This document shows positions 60,084 to 64,000 of a stretch of DNA of 64,000 nt, piece after piece (the first letter of the stretch is position 1; every line of letters begins with the position of its first letter). The translations under genes and the position numbers were made by a program. The notes below the pieces were generated by a model. It worked only from the letters and a program-made list of their open reading frames with translations, ran no database searches and was not told where the DNA came from. Source of the DNA: Pseudomonadota bacterium (GTDB lineage: Bacteria > Bdellovibrionota_C > UBA2361 > OMII01); assembly GCA_038134595.1 (NCBI GenBank), contig JAYPVM010000004.1:101573-165572 (forward strand), read 5' to 3'.

Positions 60084-60134
60084 AAAGTAGGAAAAACTAC
60101 AAAGTAGCAAAAGCTACGAGGTAGAAAAAGCTAC
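60084..60134. repeat. 17-bp tandem repeat x3 of mini-hairpins
   Basis: AAAGTAGGAAAAACTAC / AAAGTAGCAAAAGCTAC / GAGGTAGAAAAAGCTAC; each unit contains GTAG..CTAC. Confidence 0.75.
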
Positions 60135-60460
60135 AGTGTCTAGAAGAGATATTTTGTATCTGGGACTATACTATCTCTATGTATTCTCTAGCGCCGAGAG
60201 AAAGGCTACCACGATCAGGTAGAGGGGAAAACACCGCGGGCTTACATTTAACACTGTAGAAAGATAATTTTTGCCCAGTGCGCGATGATTTGATGCGTTT
60301 CTTTTCAGGATCTTAGCTAAATTCCTGTGGAGAGAGTTAGCCGTGATTTCTACCGCTGGTCTAGATCCGACATGCTTTTCGTACTCCCCCTGGCATTGAT
60401 TTTTATCGGGATTGTGAACAAGCGGAGGCGGTTAGTCGCAAATTCCTCAATAAAACTGTT

Positions 60461-60487
60461 TAAGCACAACTTATTTATTGCCGACAT
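60461..60487 (+). promoter_or_regulatory. Sigma28-like promoter
   Basis: TAAG-CACAACTTATTTATT(15)-GCCGACAT, about 40 bp upstream of the ATG at 60527. Confidence 0.5.
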
Positions 60488-60526
60488 CTAACCTATAAGG
60501 TGAATCGACCAATGGGATAGTTAAGG

Positions 60527-61705
60527 ATGCAGAGAAGGGTTTTGACCACATGCGCGTTGTGCGCTGCTACAATGTTAGCAAGTGGCTGTTTTCGCATTTC
60601 AGGACGCTCTTTGAAGAACGAGCTCCCCGATAGGCCGGAGGCGATGAGACGATATTATGCGCCGCGGGAGTCTTATGGAAGTCATCGAGAGCAGATACGG
60701 GAGCGAACTGATGCTTATACGCTTCGTCACATTACAATTGATTCGTATGCCGGGCCGATAATCATCGATTACTATCAGGGTAAAAAACCGTCGAATTCTC
60801 TAGTGTTGGTTTTTCCAGTGCTTGGGGGGAAAAACTTTATTGAGAACCATTTTGCCCGCTACTTCGTTGAGTCTGGATTGGATGCCGCGATTGTTAATCG
60901 TAATAACGAATTTAAAGATCCAGGGCGTTTCAATGAGCTCGAGCAGCTGTTACGGGAAAACGTTATCCGAGACCAATTAGCTCTTGATTTTTTCGAGGTT
61001 GAATATGGAAAGACTCAGTTTGGGAGCTTTGGAATAAGTCGGGGAGCGATAAACGTTGCATTGACAGCGGGGGTTGATTCGCGCCTGCAGCATAATGTAA
61101 TGGCTATGGGCGGAACAGACCTCGTAAATTTATTTCGAGACTCTAAACAGGCGCGAATTGAAAAGTATATTAAAAAGGTGAGTTCAAATAGGGGATATTC
61201 TCGTGATGAGTTCTTTGGACACCTGCGTGAGCAGATACGAACGGATCCAAAATATACAGCACATTACCTCGATCCGAGTAAAACTCTCTTAATTCTCGGT
61301 TTGTTCGACCGTACCGTTCCATTTTCGTACGGCCTCAAGCTTCGGGAGCAGATTGGAAGGCCTGACACCATATTTTTGTTTTCCGATCATTACGTGAGCT
61401 TAGCATACACTCAAACTGTAAGTCTGCTGCCGCCGAGTAAGACAAAATCAGGGCTTTTCCCTTTCCCATACATCGAGCAGGAAGCGATTTCTTTCTATCG
61501 GCGGTCATTTGGTGAGGGAATTAATTGGAAAGCACTTCCCTTCAAGGTGCTTATGCTACCGGTAAACGTAGTAGCAGAAGTTTTTGCAGGAGTTGGATCG
61601 TTGGTTGAATGGATGGGTGGTAAGCATGTCGGCACATCTCAGATTTCCGATGACGAATTGCAAAATTGGAAAGAAGCTGAGCAGCGAGACGCTCAGTCGA
61701 ATTAA
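60527..61705 (+). CDS. Alpha/beta-hydrolase-fold lipoprotein
   Basis: Lipobox LASGC; GISRG nucleophile elbow, DRTVP and SDH catalytic-triad candidates. Confidence 0.7.
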   Translation: MQRRVLTTCALCAATMLASGCFRISGRSLKNELPDRPEAMRRYYAPRESYGSHREQIRERTDAYTLRHITIDSYAGPIIIDYYQGKKPSNSLVLVFPVLGGKNFIENHFARYFVESGLDAAIVNRNNEFKDPGRFNELEQLLRENVIRDQLALDFFEVEYGKTQFGSFGISRGAINVALTAGVDSRLQHNVMAMGGTDLVNLFRDSKQARIEKYIKKVSSNRGYSRDEFFGHLREQIRTDPKYTAHYLDPSKTLLILGLFDRTVPFSYGLKLREQIGRPDTIFLFSDHYVSLAYTQTVSLLPPSKTKSGLFPFPYIEQEAISFYRRSFGEGINWKALPFKVLMLPVNVVAEVFAGVGSLVEWMGGKHVGTSQISDDELQNWKEAEQRDAQSN

Positions 61706-61953
61706 TTTGTAGTGGAATAGATATACCGTCACTTTGAAGTGTTGGTACGAACTTGGATGAAGGTGAAATTTCTCCCGACAACTCCGTTCTCGGTACAGAG
61801 AGTTTAAGGCTGAGCCCACGATCAATACACGGTAGATAGGCAGAAGGGACCCCAGACAAGAGTGGGACCTATCTGTATATACAGATAAAGGGTTCTCGCT
61901 TCCCCGTACAGCACAGCTTCAGAATGCTTCCTCACTGAAGCGATAGGAACATA

Positions 61954-63222
61954 CTAAAAGCCGTGCGCTTCGAGTCCTGTTCTAAGATTAAAGTGCGAAT
62001 AGGGCTGTTCTGCGGCACGTTGTTTGGGTCCTTTGGCGTTGTTGACCCAAAACTGCAATCCTCGCGGCTCATAAATAACGTTATGAAAGTTAGAGGGCAT
62101 GGCAATGTGTGGCACTATCTCATTCATAATCATTTCGGGCGTTATGCTTCCACGATTAGTGGAAAGGGACTCCTGCATTCGGTCATCATAGTGACCGCCG
62201 TATACAATGTCTTTTAGAGCCGGAAAGGACATTTTGTCATCTTTCAGGTCTTCTCCAGGTCTGTGAATTTCAAATCTGTTTCGATCTCGGATGTAGAGTT
62301 CCGAGGAGTTGTTTTTTCCATCACTCATCAGGAAGACAAACGAATTGGTTCCGGGATGTTTTGTAATAATCTTTCGAACCTGCCGCAGGTTTTTTGCATA
62401 CGTTAAAACGTCCCGTAGTACAAATGGCATGGGTGTTCCGCGCATTGTTTCTCCTTCAGGATCACCATAACCCATCTCTCCCAGTGTGATCCCCTGCGCA
62501 TTCATACCGGAGACTGCCCCCAGAAAACCTACCCAGCCGATATTAGCCGAAGGAATGCCATTATCGGGAACGGTGACTGTGATTAATGGGTATTCATGTA
62601 GTTTAGAAATCTTGTGTAATCCCCAGTCGAGAACGCGCACGGTGTACATAGTCTTATCAGATGTGGCGCTGTTGGTCGCGCTAAAATTACTGCATGAACT
62701 TCCGTAGACGCCTTTCATCATGTCTTTGATGACTTTTTTTAGTTTGCGTTTACCTCCCCATTCTGTGATTTCAGGTAGAGCGTGAATTGCGTGCACCACT
62801 TTAAGAGGTATTCTTGCACCGTGAGCGAGCCCGTGCATCTCGTCGATATATTCTTGCGGAATAAACGGGCGTTGCCGTTCATAGCTTTCATACAAGAGTT
62901 CTTCGAAGTGGAATTTATCAAGAAGTTTTTCATACATAGACAATAAGTTGTCCTGAACTTCCTTTCTGAGTAGGGCGCCTTGTTGGTACCCCCGTTCGTA
63001 CGGAGTCCCTGAGACATAGAGTACGCGTATGCGGTGATCGTCAGTCCAGTCAAGGTGTGCTTTGCTTACGATTGCGCGCTCATGTTCAACCGATTCAATC
63101 ACATCACTTCGTATAAGGAAGTGGTCCGGGTCGATTCGCAAGTACGCACAGGCTGTGAAGTTAACGCTGATAGTGATAAGTCCAATGATATACATTATTC
63201 GGGAAAATAAAGATCCGCGCAT
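61954..63222 (-). CDS. C45-family autoproteolytic acyltransferase/amidase (Ntn hydrolase) lipoprotein
   Basis: Lipobox FTAC; GTPYERGYQQG, EMHGLA, SSCSNF nucleophile, RVLDW and SGMNAQGI. Confidence 0.82.
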   Translation of the reverse strand: MRGSLFSRIMYIIGLITISVNFTACAYLRIDPDHFLIRSDVIESVEHERAIVSKAHLDWTDDHRIRVLYVSGTPYERGYQQGALLRKEVQDNLLSMYEKLLDKFHFEELLYESYERQRPFIPQEYIDEMHGLAHGARIPLKVVHAIHALPEITEWGGKRKLKKVIKDMMKGVYGSSCSNFSATNSATSDKTMYTVRVLDWGLHKISKLHEYPLITVTVPDNGIPSANIGWVGFLGAVSGMNAQGITLGEMGYGDPEGETMRGTPMPFVLRDVLTYAKNLRQVRKIITKHPGTNSFVFLMSDGKNNSSELYIRDRNRFEIHRPGEDLKDDKMSFPALKDIVYGGHYDDRMQESLSTNRGSITPEMIMNEIVPHIAMPSNFHNVIYEPRGLQFWVNNAKGPKQRAAEQPYSHFNLRTGLEAHGF

Positions 63223-63330
63223 GATACGAGCCCCTCTGTTTATTTAACTGCACTGGTCTACTAGTAAAGAGGCAGGAGAGAGCCCGATCGATGCGGGAAA
63301 AGCAATGAAAATGAGATTAAAATCACCGTT

Positions 63331-63717
63331 TTACGTTAGAGTTATCTCTTCAACGATCGCAAGCACCTCACGGGTGTCTACAATCCTGAGTGACTCATCC
63401 CAGGCAACAGTAGTGCCAACATCTTTTGGGATCAAAACAAGAGATCCGAGTGGAATCCCGCTCACGTTGGTTTCTTCGTCAGTGTGGCTATCGACTGTGC
63501 TAGCAACTTCAATCACTTCGGCTAAAAGACTCTCTTGGGCAGACGTTTTCGCGCCCTCAGGAAGATAGAGACCACTATCGGTTTGGTTGGATTCCTTGAC
63601 TAATTTTGCAACTACTCGAAATCCTAACGGGTGCAGCCGCCTGATTGGCCGAGACTCTTCAAAATGTAACGAGGTTTTCTTTGCGTTGTCTAAGGGGAAC
63701 TTTTTTGAATCTGTCAT
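63331..63717 (-). CDS. GroES/Cpn10-family co-chaperonin (stand-alone)
   Basis: LHPLGFRVV, TDSGLYLPEGAK and EVLAIVEE. Confidence 0.8.
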   Translation of the reverse strand: MTDSKKFPLDNAKKTSLHFEESRPIRRLHPLGFRVVAKLVKESNQTDSGLYLPEGAKTSAQESLLAEVIEVASTVDSHTDEETNVSGIPLGSLVLIPKDVGTTVAWDESLRIVDTREVLAIVEEITLT

Positions 63718-63943
63718 AGTGCGACATCGTATCGATATCGAGTCTATTAGTCAAAGATGCAAACGCCGTTATGTGGAGCGGATTGCTGGTGGATTGTCTA
63801 ATAAGTAGCACTAGTATGACGGGTAACTTTCTAGAGCCAACAAAAGAAAATTAGTATAGATTTCAAGGGATCCTTTGGAGCTTCATGGGACTCTAACTAC
63901 AGTGTAATAAGATGATATTCGATTCATTCAGGAGATGCTTGTG

Positions 63944-64000
63944 ATGTCAGAGACCGCTGAACTACGTGTTGGAGAAAAGGTTATTGAGCTTCCAGTCGTA
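63944..64000 (+). CDS. gltA: Probable citrate synthase N-terminus (3'-truncated)
   Basis: MSETAELRVGEKVIELPVV after an AGGAG RBS resembles type II citrate synthase starts; only 19 codons are visible. Confidence 0.55.
   Translation, partial: MSETAELRVGEKVIELPVV

Noticed and set aside
315..63808. Numerous 60-160-aa ORFs overlapping annotated genes on other frames or strands
   Set aside because: Shadow ORFs of well-supported genes, without motifs or RBS support.

Overview
A gene-dense, mostly housekeeping 64-kb window from a Gram-negative bacterium. The csrA-fliW gene order, SWIM/SNF2 helicase, ScpAB and HemY/HemH suggest a deltaproteobacterial/Bdellovibrionota-like lineage; this is inference only. 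It holds about 55 CDSs, including a fused 2-oxoacid dehydrogenase E1, lipB, lpdA, arfB, scpAB, serA, hemY/hemH, bioA, murJ, a phosphofructokinase, htpX and scattered flagellar genes (flgE, fliI, fliH, csrA, fliW). Non-coding elements are two tRNAs (an atypical initiator tRNA-Met and tRNA-Arg-TCT), a SAM-I riboswitch with terminator, two inverted copies of a ~190-bp MITE-like element and a possible 6S-like RNA. No CRISPR array, prophage or transposase was seen. The most notable signals are: (1) an apparent CsrA circuit, with GGA sites in the csrA leader, a triple AAGGATGT array before fliW and a GGA hairpin in the flgE leader, alongside sigma54- and sigma28-like promoters; (2) a membrane-anchored, protease-less AAA ATPase with two closely similar ATPase domains; (3) a PPi-type phosphofructokinase scaffold carrying an ATP-type motif; (4) large orphan proteins with effector-like hydrophobic hairpins; (5) several unrelated tandem repeats sharing a 17-bp period. 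All calls come from reading the sequence; no searches were run.
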